From Lingula anatina (taxonomy: Eukaryota; Animalia; Brachiopoda): a stretch of 64,000 bases of DNA. Numbering within the stretch: position 1 is the first letter of the stretch; each line of letters opens with the position of its first letter. Location: assembly GCA_051362555.1 (NCBI GenBank), contig CM120643.1, positions 3,038,001 to 3,102,000 of the forward strand, in the 5' to 3' direction. The position numbers were made by a program, and so were the translations under genes. Below, piece by piece: positions 12,655 to 25,554 of this stretch. Below the pieces are notes generated by a model, which saw nothing but the letters and a program-made list of their open reading frames with translations, ran no database searches and had not been told where the DNA came from.

Positions 12655-14174
12655 GGTTCCAATAGCTTTATAAGCCCGGGGGTGATTAATCTCCAAACTG
12701 GTTTCCTCCTTTGTAATATATCAGCGATATACTGTTATATGAACTCCACGCTTTGAGAAAACTCCCCATTAGACTAATAGCTAGGTAATAGATAAATATG
12801 TGATTAATGAAGATGAAACATTGTCGGAAATAATGTCGTTGAGACATCTGGTCGTTACGAAGCCACGTGAGTTTACCTATTGTTTGCTTTAAAGTCCTGT
12901 ACGTATGAGCTTTCAACTAATGTGCTCGTTTCTATCGCGCAAGTGTGCACGGGTACATATGTGCTTAGATGTAATTTATCCCATATGAAATATGTACCCA
13001 AATGCTCACCCTTCAAAGTGCCAACAATTTAGCCAACGGCAAAGTAATATCTCTACCGCCCCCAGCGCAAACTTCCAACAGACCAGCTGATGTTGGCAGC
13101 CAAGGAACCAAATCGGCGCCAGAGGCTTAAATACTCCGATTTCTTTGGCCTACGCAGCTGCGGAGCGCTCGAGGCTCTGCTGAGCCCGCGGCGCTTAACT
13201 GCTTTCTAGCGGCGCTTGCATAGAAATGTCTTTTTTCAGAGAAAAAATTGGTCTGGAAATTTACCAGTGGTAGACCACCGCCTCAAGCGTATAGCTATAT
13301 TTAGGTTCAGTTCGATCTTAAGACTATCCAACTGGACGGGAATTTTCTTCAAAATCAGCTATTTCAATTTGAATGAAAAATGTGACAACCCGTGCGTTAT
13401 GTAAGCGGTTTTTAACAAAGGGACATGTGGATTTAGAGGAAAGTAAACCATTTTACTCAGGCACAGCAATCCATAAAAAAGCTTAAAGGACTTCCCCACA
13501 TTTGTCTTTTTTTTACTTTGCCCGCGGCGTCTCCCAGACTGATGATCTCATGCACGGTTGTGAAAAACGTTCAAAAATGAAAACAACTGTATCATATGCT
13601 GTCTATGTGTAGAATTGCGAATTATTTATTTTTTTATTTACATGTATTTCTTTGCTATAGTATACATTTACTTGGCATAAAGTGAAATAAAGAAAAATAA
13701 AATGAAAAACCTTTTAGACTCAATGACAATTTTATTTCTAAAGATTTAGACACACTCTATACAGAATATTGCAAATAAACCCACATTGTACTTCAAATCC
13801 CAAGTCCGTAGGCAGGGGAGGGGGGTCGAGGGGGGGGGGGCGAGAGAACCAACCTAAAGAAAAAACCTAAAGAAAAATCCTTCTTTGCCATTTCTCAAGA
13901 AAGAGGATGGAATGATCCACTTTTTCAGATACAGAACCCCTTTGAATTTGCAGAATGTGGACCCTGTATAATGGTCCCAAGACAGACCCGCACCCCGGTC
14001 TCAACAACAGAAGACCCTGATCCCTTTATTCCATGTTGAACAATGTACAATGTAAGTTTACGTAATGGGTAATGAAAATGTTGACGATGTGCACGTGTAA
14101 TTCTTGACTACAGCATATATTAGGACATTTATCGCTCTACTACATGACGGTGCAGGTGCGCCTTGGGGCTCAAT

Positions 14175-14680
14175 GGTCCGCGTTCACACCAGCCTTAAGA
14201 TAGATCGAATCCAAATCGGTCCTAGATGACGTAGAGGCTGCCTTAGTAGACGCTTATGTACATGTGATGCTGCCCTTCGCCAAAATTACCAAGTGCGAGA
14301 GTCAATTTCGAAGATCACAATTTGACTGAATTCCCATACCTAGACCGATTTGACAGGATCGATCTATCTCAGAGGGGTTTCTCGCTTTCATTTCTTTCAG
14401 CTTAACCGGCTTAGGTCTGGCACACCTACTGAAGCTGCTAAATGATAATTAATTTCCTCCCAGCGGCTTCCGTAGGTGTGTCAGACATCTAAGCCCCTTA
14501 AGTTGATTGCAATTAAGCGACAATACCCTTGGAGATAGATCGATCCACAGTGAGTTCGATAGGGCCTGGGAATGGTCCCTCAGAGGACATAATAATGGAC
14601 TTGAATTTAATGAACGCGATTTACGCCTTAAGATCGATCTGTTAAGATTTATATTATCAAGACGCAGTGTGAACGCGACC
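14175..14680. mobile_element. composite TIR element: outer GGTC(C)GCGTTCACAC...GTGTGAACGCGACC with inner GATCGATC-family MITE at ~14324-14579
   Basis: Outer inverted termini; inner part is collinear with the outer element at 54589-55057 (ttcccatacctaga...gtctggcac...cagacatctaagcc...gagatagatcgatcca). Confidence 0.65.
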
Positions 14681-15443
14681 AGTGAGTGTGCCTGGGGCGG
14701 GGTGCCCTACTCGAGTAACAAATAGGGACCCAGTCACCCAAATCACCATTATTTGCCTCAATGTGCTTTTAAAGTCTTTATGAATTTTGGCGAATTTCCT
14801 TTTCTTCTTGAGTAGAGAAATTATCGCTAATTTCACGGAGAGCCCATTGTAAAGGAGAGCTGGACTTCGATCGCCTCTAGGTACGAACGCAAAACCTCTT
14901 ATATTGCTCGGCGGAAAAATCCCAGTGTAAACATACAGTCACCATTATTAGTTTCGTTCCTGAAAGAAGAAATTGCTTGCGCCTTAAGCCTTGCCTGGAG
15001 CCAAGTAGCGTTCATAAAGAGTCCTCTGCGTCACCTGCCACGTTGACACGTCTTTGGGTGTACATAAGACATACCTGTCACCCTCATTGTATCATATAAA
15101 GATTTTAGGAGACAAAAGCGTCATCAGCGTTTGGAAATATTATGTTGTTGTCCAGATCCAATAAACGTACTAATAAATACAAAATCTGGGACCAGTGCGT
15201 TGTAGTCGATCTTTTTGCCTGAAGATTGGGATACACTTTTAGACCATCTGAAGTTAAGCATTTTTGCATTTGATAATATGTTTATGTTCGTGTATTGAAT
15301 CCTGATTGTTGCTGAACAATCTGAACTTTGGTAGGTATTGGGAAAAAAATCAACAATATTTTGGAAATGAATCAATAGTATTTCTATTCCAAAGTATAAA
15401 ACCAAAGTTCCTGTGAGGTCGAAAATTAATTGACATGCAGAAT

Positions 15444-15749
15444 CAGGGGCGGATCCAAGATTATTTGAGGGGGGGGGGGGGGGGGGGTCCGCGGATGCGA
15501 AGTCAACCCCCCCCCCCCTAAGTGTAGGGTCCGGGGCCCTCTGAAGGATATTGGTATTTTAGAGGGCGAATGGTGTCATTTGGTACGGTTAACGACTATG
15601 AATCAGCTAGCCAAAATTCTATTTCCACGAGGGGATCACTTGGTGTTGTTTTTTTCAGAAATCGAAGGTGGGGGGGGGGGGGGGGGTCAGGGGGTCAGGG
15701 GGTCAGGACCCCCTTGACACTTCTCCCCCCCCCCCTAAATCCGCCACTG
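15444..15749. mobile_element. non-autonomous TIR element (CAGGGGCGGAT...ATCCGCCACTG family), copy 2
   Basis: TIRs, 5-bp direct repeat AGAAT on both flanks, similarity to 10899-11151. Confidence 0.8.
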
Positions 15750-17229
15750 AGAATGCAAACAGGGATTTAAACTGCACGCATCTATAGTCCTGACTCAGTG
15801 TTCAGAGAGGTCGGTTCACCGTAATGTATTTCACGGTAATACTTGAGCACGGACAATTGCGATAGTCCATGACATGATTTATTTTTCACTCACAATGTCT
15901 AAATTCCGCGTAATTTATTTTCAACCTATTATTAGGGAAGCGAGGGACATGTGAGATGAGCTGTATTACACCTCAAGGAAATTTTAAATACCTCTGCCCA
16001 AAACTTGCTTTTTTAAGCAATGAAAAAGTGAAAGCACAGTAGTTGCATGTAACCACACACGAGTTCAACTGAAAACTACTGAGGAAATAGTTGTTAAAAG
16101 TGTGTAAGGCGTTTTGAGTGCAAAATTCAATAAAACAGTAATCGATAAGTTTAGTAAATTGATGAATACGCCAGGAAAATACGTAAATTGTATTTATTTC
16201 ATTTTAAAACCAGCATTGCCTATATAATGGAGAACATCATATACTATTTTGCCCTGGGAAATGTACAAATAGGTAGAAATGAAAATGGATTCATTTTCAT
16301 AAAAGCCACTTAATGAATCAAGATTTTAAAATATCGTTGGATTGTAAAAGTTTACAATTTATACTATGCGTGGTAAAATACCCCATGCACTTCGCAGAAG
16401 AAACAAAAGAAGTGGAAAATTAGTTATAATTTGTGACTCATTCTATACATCAGCCACGTCCTTGCCCAGAGGGAGAAAGATTGAGAACTTATTCAATCAA
16501 TCAAAGGTAATCGATATGTTTGTAAGTGAGTTGTTTGAATAATTCACGAGGTCCTTTTTTTCCTCAATTGGGTTGATTGCGCTAGAGAAGCTATACCCAC
16601 GCCGCATTTAGAATCGCAACCACAGCACTTGGTCTTCCGTTGCAAAATCGCCTCGCCAAGACTATTGGTAACCTTTATAATGAACGCGTTTGCTTTCATA
16701 ATATTTCTTCCACCCAATAACATCAACAAAAACAATAATGATATCTAATTAATTCACAATTAGGCCTCCTTCACAGAAGTACGTCACTGTTTCATGGGCG
16801 ACGGAATGTTTTGAAGCAAGCTCACAAATAATCATTTTGCTCGTTTTTGTTGAAACATTGCATGTTGTTGCTTTTTCAAAACTCCCACATCTTATTTTAA
16901 AATGCACCCAAAGATACGGGGGATTCATCTTTCCTGTCATCAAAAATTAAGATGTACAATCAAACCCAAACAACGTTATTTGAACGTGGTGAGATAATGA
17001 AATCTAAATAAAATCTCCATTTCAACGTTAGAGCCACCATAAGATTTAAATTTTTCCTTATTTCAGTATTGAAACTATAAATGGATAAATCAAAATATTC
17101 ACTTTGATATTACCTTCAGTTTAATCCAGGGACTCTTTTTGAAGATAAGAATTGACAAAGCGTGCAGAATGAATGTTATGGTTTCTTAAAAGAATCACAA
17201 ACACAAGTTTAGACTCAAACAATGGTAAT

Positions 17230-17235
17230 TTTATT
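17230..17235 (-). terminator. probable poly(A) signal of NFAT5-like gene
   Basis: AATAAA on minus strand followed ~25 nt later by GU-rich ttgtgtttgtgattctttt; coincides with the edge of the CpG-poor region. Confidence 0.5.
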
Positions 17236-19850
17236 CTGAAATAAATGCAAAATTTTGTACCCTTTTATGATCTTAAAACTGTAACCATAGTCGAAAACAT
17301 ACCGTGGTCAGTTCACATAGTCACACAGTGGCTTTATGGAGGGATATGTAAGATTTTGTTTAAATTGTAAACCTCTCTAAAAGTATAATTTTTGACACTG
17401 TGAATATAGTTTGTAGCTCAAATTATATCAACTTCAACAATTCTTCTTATAGTTCAAGAAGCTGGGCAAAAGTTTGATCTTATTATTGCCTTGCCAGCTC
17501 TTATATAGTACAAGTTTTTTTTATAATTTTTTCTTGTAATAATATCAGTTCCATTATGAAAAAATACAGAAAAAATGTTAAACATTTGCTTCAATGTTGA
17601 TTCTGTTTCATAAATAAATAAGACCCCTTTTTTAAATTTTGTTTGAAAAGTAAGATTAACCAAAGTTTACACAGATGGCACATGTTTACACTTAATGTAC
17701 TGGGTATAAGTGTCCAAAAAACGAGACAAAATACTGTTTTTTTACCCACATCAATCACATATTAAATTTTTAAAAGAACACATTTGCCAGACATACCAGG
17801 CATCTTATAAATGCTAATGCAGAAAAAAAAAAAAAAAAAACGCTGTACTGTAGCAAAGTATACAAATTTCGTGTGTCACAGTTGATCATCCTAGCGCACA
17901 CAAAGCAAGTGGTCTGTGATACAGTAAGCTTACAGCCTTATTTTATTATTGAAATATAAAGTCCCCAAATTGGGACCTAAAATGAACGTCCTAAGACAAA
18001 ATAGTTTGTAATGATGCCTATAATGTGTATGTTTTTGGTGACACAAAGCTTGCGAAAGGATCCGAATGTGATTGTTGAACTGATCATGACAGTGTCAACA
18101 TGGGTGTCAGGATGACCAAATGACTGTAATGGTGAACTAAAAATATGCAAAAATGATCTGAAATATTAAAATAAGTGATCTAAGTGGCCTAAGGCCAAAA
18201 GCCATGAATATGTAATTTATAATGTTATAGTAATGGAGACCTCAGTCCTAAACTAATGTCATATAGTCACAAATACAAACAGACGCCAGGTCTTAAATGG
18301 TGACCTAAATGTGTATAAACGGCATTTTAGGCCCAGAATGCTAATATCAGGTCTACACAAGGTGAACCATGATCGAAATAGCCAAGCTCAAATATCTAGA
18401 ATGAATGCATCTCAGAAAAGGGTATAATTCTAGTCCACAAAATATTTAAGGACAACTCAACTTATAAAAAATAAATGAAATAAGATACAAATTAGGACAA
18501 AATATCAAGCTGACATTAATGCCCCTGACATCAGTGTCGGGTTCATTTCATAGAAGCTTGTTGTCTTACTGATTAACTCTTTCCGTCCCCAAAATAAAAA
18601 AACAAATACCTAGATAATCAGAATGAAATCATAGCTAAGTATATAAAAAATTTGAAAGAAAAATCAAACATTGTTTATACAGAATATGAAGATCTTGTAC
18701 ACATGATTAAGTAAACAAGCTAGGAGCAAATGCACATTACTTACAGTGTATTTTTTATTTTCACTATTAATATAATTCAATCAAAATACTACTCTGCTCT
18801 TACAAAATTTTAGCATTGTGCAAATGCTTTCCTGTAGATTGACTGCGTTACCCCTAAATGGCTAGTGCAAAAAAAAAAAAAAAAAAAAATCAACTTTCAA
18901 GTAAACAGAATACCTTTAAATTCTCGAATAAGAAGTTATCATGGTCAGATTTATTGGGGTAGGCATGACTGATTCCGATTAAGCTGATACCTATAGTGCA
19001 GTCAACATAAACAGTGTCTACAATTCATTTCATATGGTAGGTGATTCACAATGTTATACACATTTTATATATAAATATCATATGACATGACCAAAGAAAC
19101 AACCTAATCAGCAGTAACTACACAAACAAGCACCTAGCACTTTGCTATATAATCTGGGATGAGCAATGTGTTTTAAAATTCAGCTTCGAATCTACTCTGA
19201 ACATGAATATGAAATCTGAATATGAAGCAAGTAACTGATAAATGTTTCTGACACGATTTCAATGATTTCTATGTTGTGATGCTATAATGGAAATTATGGT
19301 AGCGATTTCTAACATGGATTTATGTTATGATACTCGAGTCAATAGCAAGTCCCCATTTTAAAACTGAAATAATATAAAAAATAGTCAAAATCATCTATTC
19401 AAATATGAAATGTAATGCATGTTCTTCAAGATCTTATTTATGCTAGCTTTAGGTAAAGCAATATCAAAACTGCAATGTGGCTCAACCGGTCAACTAATAT
19501 ATATGTACACAACTATTACGTGAAGCTTACATTATTACACATTATATTACTGAAATCAGCAACAATAACCAATATAAGCAACCATACTAAAGTACCAAAA
19601 ATTATACATTGTGCCAGAAGATTTCAGATCTGACCTACCAAACAAGCTAGAAAATATGGACACCAGCTTAGAAATTGTACTCTAAAGGCCCATTTCTCAT
19701 AGTGTGCAAAATCTTAGAGAAACAGCCGTATCAACATGGTTTGAGAGACAGATATTGGTTACTATAATAGCCTTAATGTCAGTTATAACGTACCTACAGG
19801 GAGCCCGTGTCCTTGACAAAATCAGTGCACTATCTTCTGCTTTTACACCA

Positions 19851-20114
19851 AGGCTCAGTTTCGTCAACACTGGATAGCACTATCCTCTGGATAACACTAT
19901 AGCCATTAGATAAAATTGTTATCCTCTGGGCAATTATCATGTGGGTAAAGTAAAGTTTTCTAAGCACTAGATATCTATTTTTGTATCTGAAATTGCTATT
20001 CAGTTGCCAAAATGGCTGCTGTCCTCAGGGTTGTTGTTCAGAAGATAACCATTTTATCACATGGATAAGTGTTATCCATAGGACATATCCACCAGTGTTG
20101 ATGAAACTGGGCCC
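19851..20114. mobile_element. MITE (PIF/Harbinger-like termini) in putative NFAT5 3'UTR
   Basis: GGCTCAGTTTCGTCAACACTGG ... CCAGTGTTGATGAAACTGGGCC inverted termini; internal TATCCnnTGGATA motifs. Confidence 0.7.
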
Positions 20115-22059
20115 TTTTTCCGAAATTGTGGAGTGGTTGTAAAAGGAAGCGAAGTCCATGGTAGCAAAGTTACAGGTAGAACCTCTCAAAACATATCAAT
20201 ACAGGTGCATCTCTAGGGCAGAACACCTCATGTTCAAAGGTGTCAAAGGTTTTTGCACATTGGGCCAGCAAATTGAAGTAGGTGACATACAGACAAGACA
20301 AAAGACTAAATCTACAAACAATACCACATATATATAGCTCACTAAGTAGGCACATTTACTTCTTTCAAATGTCCTTGTAGCAAATTGAGCATCCAGGAGC
20401 GAGTCACTACCATACACGTAATGAAACTCTTACTAACTAACATTTTACAAGCACTTCCCACCTGGCATTTTTATCTGTGGTCTAGAGGTCCTAGGATTTA
20501 TCTTCTTCTTCATCTTTGAACACATTGAAAAACAGGGTCATAATATTCACCTAGGCCCTAACATTGCTTGCTTTCAAAAATACTGTTCATAATTTGTACA
20601 TAATTTATGTTACAAGGCATAAAATAATATAGAATATGTACAATCTTTTTACAAACATTTTAAGGGATTCACCTCATCTTGCATCAAGCAAGCTATAAGA
20701 AACATTCTAAGTTCTTTTCTCTAAGAAAATGTCCCTATCAATACCAATGTGCACCGGTTTTCTGTCTCCAGGACAAAGCTTCAGCGAAAAAAAAAAATGG
20801 CGCTACACCAAACTTTCATTCACAATTATTACCAACACAGCTTTCAACCACAACATCATTTTTTACCTACCACAAATTTCATTTTTTAATGCTAAATTAA
20901 TGACTCAAGAAATCAATCTGCATTTTTGCCCCAAAGTAAATCTCCAACCTTCACATTTCTGTCATCAGATATCATATATGTATATCACTATTACCGTAGG
21001 GGCATATCATGATGTAGATATTGCTAGTCAGAAGGGATATGTCATGAAGACAACAAAACACAAACATCTCCATGGCATATCATACTTCAATAAAAAAAAA
21101 AATGCAATCAGTCCTTTTTTCCATTTATACTACTGTTTGATCTCTCTCTCTTTCCTTTTTCTGAAACCCCATGCCATAAGTTCAAAATCAAGTTACACAA
21201 AGTGAAAGTTAATTAAATCAATACTGAATATGTTCCTCATATCAAACACGTTACAACAAATATACAATGATTGTCAACTCAGCAAAGCAATCAAGACTTC
21301 TCAATCTGACACATTAACACACAGCTCAACTGTCTCAGCCCCAAAGTTGGATGGGACCTGACAGAAAACTGCTTGCTTTGTGCAGCATCAAACCAATGCA
21401 AGAAGCAATCCATCTCAGCACAGCTTCCTCTTAGGGATACTCTTATTTGATTTTGTGGAGACAAGCATAATTATGAATGTTGGCCTTGTGCAAATGAAAT
21501 TTTTTATGTAACAAATAAACAGTGGAGTTTTGAGAGGCAAAGTGTCGGAAAATCTACCACCTGGGTTTTTAAGCTGTAATACCACATTTTAAGATAAAAT
21601 CTTGGGACCCATTTCAAGACAAAGTTTAAAGCACAAAAAATATAAATAACTACTTTATAACACTTGACAACATATAACTACAGAAACAATTATTATATGT
21701 ACAAATGTTCTCTATCAAATGTTATAGAATCTTGCCCATAGTCAGTTCACTGAGGACTGGCAGTTCAAAGTACTTTCACTTTCCAGGGTCACTTGCAGTC
21801 AATCCACCATCTTGATTTTGGCGGCCATCTTAGCTTAGAAATATCCCTTATATATATCAGATTTTGCTTGTTTGCAATACAAACCACAACAGGTATATGA
21901 CAGCTTTTGCAGTTCTTTGCGGCAGCCAGTATTCTGTGGTCTAAGCATTTTCCCTATTTTCTGAAATGATATTCCTGCTGTACACTTGGCTAGAACAAAC
22001 TGGAACTGTCTCGCCTGCTATTTCACTCATCTACTTTCTTTTTCCAAGGTCCCAAATGG

Positions 22060-22071
22060 TCAATGCTCAAT
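22060..22071 (-). CDS. NFAT5: NFAT5-like, probable terminal coding exon (IEH*)
   Basis: Acceptor taatttcag|ATT GAG CAT TGA, phase 0 matching donor GTG|gtatta at 22413; read-through to TAA at 22395 is an alternative. Confidence 0.55.
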   Translation of the reverse strand: MEH

Positions 22072-22412
22072 CTGAAATTAATGCACAAAAACCAAAATAA
22101 ATAAATAATAACCGACTTTAGCAGCAAAAAGTATCATTTCACATTACAGGTGGATCAAAACTGAAACTATTTTCTTAGCATCAATATCAAAGAGAAGTAC
22201 ACTTGGGCAGAAAACAACAGGATTTAAGGTGGTAAATCAGTTTGAAATGTGGAGACAAAAGTTTCAGATAAGTCTCCTTAAATTTGGATGCCTTTTTAGT
22301 TTTTAAGCACCCAAACAAACCCATATTACATGTGCCCTTCCAAAAAGCACTTTAGGAAGCCACAGTAGAATTCCTGTATATAGTAGTGTTAGTGTTAAGG
22401 TAGTGTTAATAC

Positions 22413-22642
22413 CACATCTCCTTTGGCACTGATGTTCTGCATAATGATATCATCAATGTCAGAACTGTGCTGATGTTGTTGCTGTTGCTGAAGTTGTTGT
22501 TGCTGCTGCTGCAGAAGGAGACAGACCATATTGAAAGCACTGTCAGCAGAGTTACTGTTACTGGGGACGTTGTTGCCGATACCAAAGCCCGACAACCAGG
22601 TCTGGAGCGGACTCCGACATGGCGGCTGGTTGTTGTCAGGGA
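22413..22642 (-). CDS. NFAT5: NFAT5-like exon (poly-Q, C-terminal)
   Basis: Acceptor ttgtttctggtag|TC phase 1; open frame VPDNNQPP...QQQQQQLQQQQQH...AKGDV. Confidence 0.75.
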
Positions 22643-23332
22643 CTACCAGAAACAACAAATCACAGTGAAGAACAAGACAGTATTTTCTCTATAGAATGCA
22701 GTCATGGTAAAACTTGATGCTCACTGGCAAACGCCTATCATTCCACATTTGAGCTAGATGAAATTTATGCATTTTTTCTTCAAGTAATGCATAAAATAAA
22801 AAAATAATATAATAAAAAAACCTGACAGCCTGACAGGGTAATACTTTGGCAGGACCAGCAATACCCGAGTTTTCACCATGACTGTATAATGGGGGCATTG
22901 TTTGGCAGAGCAGCTGCTTTGTTTTTTTTTTTTTTTTTTTTTTTTTTTTCTTATCAGATTCCGATTTGTCAGGCTGTTCATTAAAGTTAACGAAATGGTC
23001 TCTTTTTGAGTTAAAGAGATAAAAAGTTGGGAGAATCTGAATGTTGCCAATTCCTAAGTTTTAAACTTACCTTATTACCCCCCCCCCCCCCCCCCCCCCC
23101 CACCCTTCCTAAGTTCTCTGTATACAACTGAGTGCCTTTATTACCATCATTCTAATAAAACAGGATTGGAACACACACACAAAACACTCACAAAACTCAA
23201 GAATAAATTAGAGTGCAGCAACTCAAGAATAAATTAGAGTACAGCAACTTAACTTTCTACACATTTTCATTTGAAATTGAAAAGGAACCGTTTTCCCCAA
23301 AAGGAGGCATCTCTCACCCGAGAGCCTCTTAC

Positions 23333-23581
23333 CTTTACTGAGCTCATTCTTGGCATTCAGCGTCAGCAGCGAGGGTCCCGATACACTGGTCATCATCAGT
23401 GACTTGAGGGCAGTGCCAGAGTCCACCAGCACTGTGGAATCATTGGTTTTCCCATTAGAGGGCCCCACCTTGGCATTGCCTGACGCTGCCAACCGCCTGA
23501 CCAGTTCCTGGTAGTCCGGGGACCCAATGACCACACTGGGAAGGCTGGACGGTGTCATGGACATAGACTGGCTTGTGCCTC
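23333..23581 (-). CDS. NFAT5: NFAT5-like exon
   Basis: Acceptor cacactcag|GA, donor G|gtaaga, 249 nt phase 1-1, open frame GTSQSMSMTPSSLPSVVIGSPDYQELVRRL...NELSK. Confidence 0.8.
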
Positions 23582-24528
23582 CTGAGTGTGTGTGTAATAA
23601 AAAGAGAAGAAAAAAAAAACAGAGTACTAGGCCGTCTTAGACCCGACGTGTCTGAATGCGGTTTTCCAGCCGGAAAGTCTTTCATTCAGATAAGTCTTCT
23701 GATGATAGTTGACAAACTGAAATATTTGGGAAAAAAAATTAAATTTTGAAAAAAAAAATTAATTAATGAACTTAAAGCCAATCCTAGAAGTTTGAAGAAA
23801 GATTCAAATTAGCTCTTTATGGGCTGGAGTTTACACACAAGCTTTAAGGCCAACTGACAAAACAGAGAACACTTGTACTACCATGCATACATAAGACTAT
23901 AAAACTGACATTGCAGGAATTGGTGAGCTGTTAACAACCGTATCTTTCTTTTGTAAATGCAAAACTTTTGACCAATTTGAGAGTCTGTAAAAAATGTAAC
24001 CATCTTTTTTTATTTTCAAAATTAAACATCACATCATTATATGCTACTCAGTGATGGAAACACATAATATCATCTGTTGTCACTCATCAAAAGGATGGAA
24101 GTGGCTTTTATCGCCAGACACAAGCCCCATGTTGCAGCGGAGCATCTTCCTCAACATTGGCAGCCAAATGTAACCACCTTTTTATTTTAATAACTAGACA
24201 TTATCATTTGCTGCTCAGTGATGAAAAATATAGCAGTAAGTGTAATAATAATAACAAGCACGGCACCATCATTAAGCCACTTAATTGATAACCAAAACCT
24301 TAATCTCAGAAAACCTGCCCTTGTACCAGAGCCAAGAAACCATTTAGAAACCAAATCAGGAGTAAATCACTTTAAAAAATTTCTATGAATAAGCTGCAAA
24401 TGTTTTTTTTTTTTTTTTTTTTCACTTCTAAAGATCCAATTAGTGAATTTCAATTTCCCTGCTAGACAATGATGCCAAATACTTTTTAAATACGCAATCT
24501 AGTTCATCTCTGTCAGCAGCTTCCATTT

Positions 24529-25082
24529 CAGGGGGCAGATTCGGAAAGGGAGGTTTGACTGAATGATAATATTGTTATTCTTCTTTACAATGGATAAATA
24601 GCTCCCTTCTTCCAATTATGTAACACTAAGGCTTCGTTCACATGCAATGTCTATTTTCTAAATTCTATTTTCTATTCGCGGTATGTCTTATGATCACGGT
24701 CTGTGGCCTGAATATCCCGCGGCGTAATTACTGGCAGCGCGAGCCAGTTACTATAAGTTACTATAAGTAACTGGCTCGCGCTGCCAGTATTTAGGGCACA
24801 GACCGTGATCATAAGATAGCGCAAATAGAAAATAGAAATTAGAAAATAGACATTGCATGTGAACGAAGCCTAAATCCCCTTATTTTTCATTCACCATTTA
24901 TTAAATTGCTTCGGTGATGTTGCATTGAATTTATTTGCATAAATATCGGATTCAATAATGAGGGACTTCCAGTATTATTTTCAGCACTCAGATAATGTAG
25001 TAATGCATAGTCAGAGTAATACTCTACATTCTAGTGTCAAAGTTGCTGCATCCTCCTTGCCAAATCTGGAATCTGCCCCATG
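24529..25082. mobile_element. degenerate TIR element hosting a nested MITE
   Basis: CAGGGGGCAGATTC ... GAATCTGCCCCATG inverted termini (13/14 match), resembling termini of the 15444 family. Confidence 0.45.
24630..24870. mobile_element. PIF/Harbinger (Tourist-like) MITE, almost fully palindromic
   Basis: TIR GGCTTCGTTCACATGCAATGTCTATTTTCTA with TAA target duplication (24627-29, 24871-73). Confidence 0.9.
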
Positions 25083-25281
25083 ATTGGAAATCTATATTAA
25101 TAGTATAGAAACAAAGTATATGAGAGCTAACTAAGAGGAACTAGATGGCAAACAAGCTTTTTTTAGTATATGAAATTCTAAGTATTATAAAAGTATCCTC
25201 CCTGAAACAAAATCCAAATAAAAGATGTTAGAAAAGAAGATTAATAGTCAATGGATAAAGAAGGGCACAACAAAAGCATAC

Positions 25282-25554
25282 CACAGGTTCCGCCGGGCCG
25301 TTCAGTTGGGCTCTGCGCGCACTGGCTCATGTGGCTTGTACAGGTGGCATTATTATAAGAAGGGGCGACACACACTTGGTGTCCAGGGGGGCCGACCCCT
25401 TTCACCTGGTCAGCGGCCGCGTGTGTTGGTCCGAGTTGGCCTTTGGGGAACACATTATTTTGCAAATCAAACATGTCCCGTTCTTGTGATCTCTCTTTTC
25501 CCTGTTCCTGCTGCTGAAGCTGGTACTGAAATTGCTGGTTGAGCCAGATGGCTT
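25282..25554 (-). CDS. NFAT5: NFAT5-like exon (symmetric, possibly cassette)
   Basis: Acceptor tttgctgcag|AA, donor G|gtatgc, 273 nt phase 1-1, open frame EAIWLNQQFQYQLQQQEQ...PGGTC. Confidence 0.7.

Noticed and set aside
16544-16943. Two Cys-containing minus-strand ORFs as a small gene
   Set aside because: No recognisable domain or coherent splice structure.
20679-21205. 158-aa plus-strand ORF
   Set aside because: AT-rich, low-information translation antisense to the putative 3'UTR; no domain.
23520-23545. PSVVIG as a calcineurin PxIxIT docking motif
   Set aside because: The last position is non-consensus, it lies C-terminal to the RHD, and such short motifs arise by chance.
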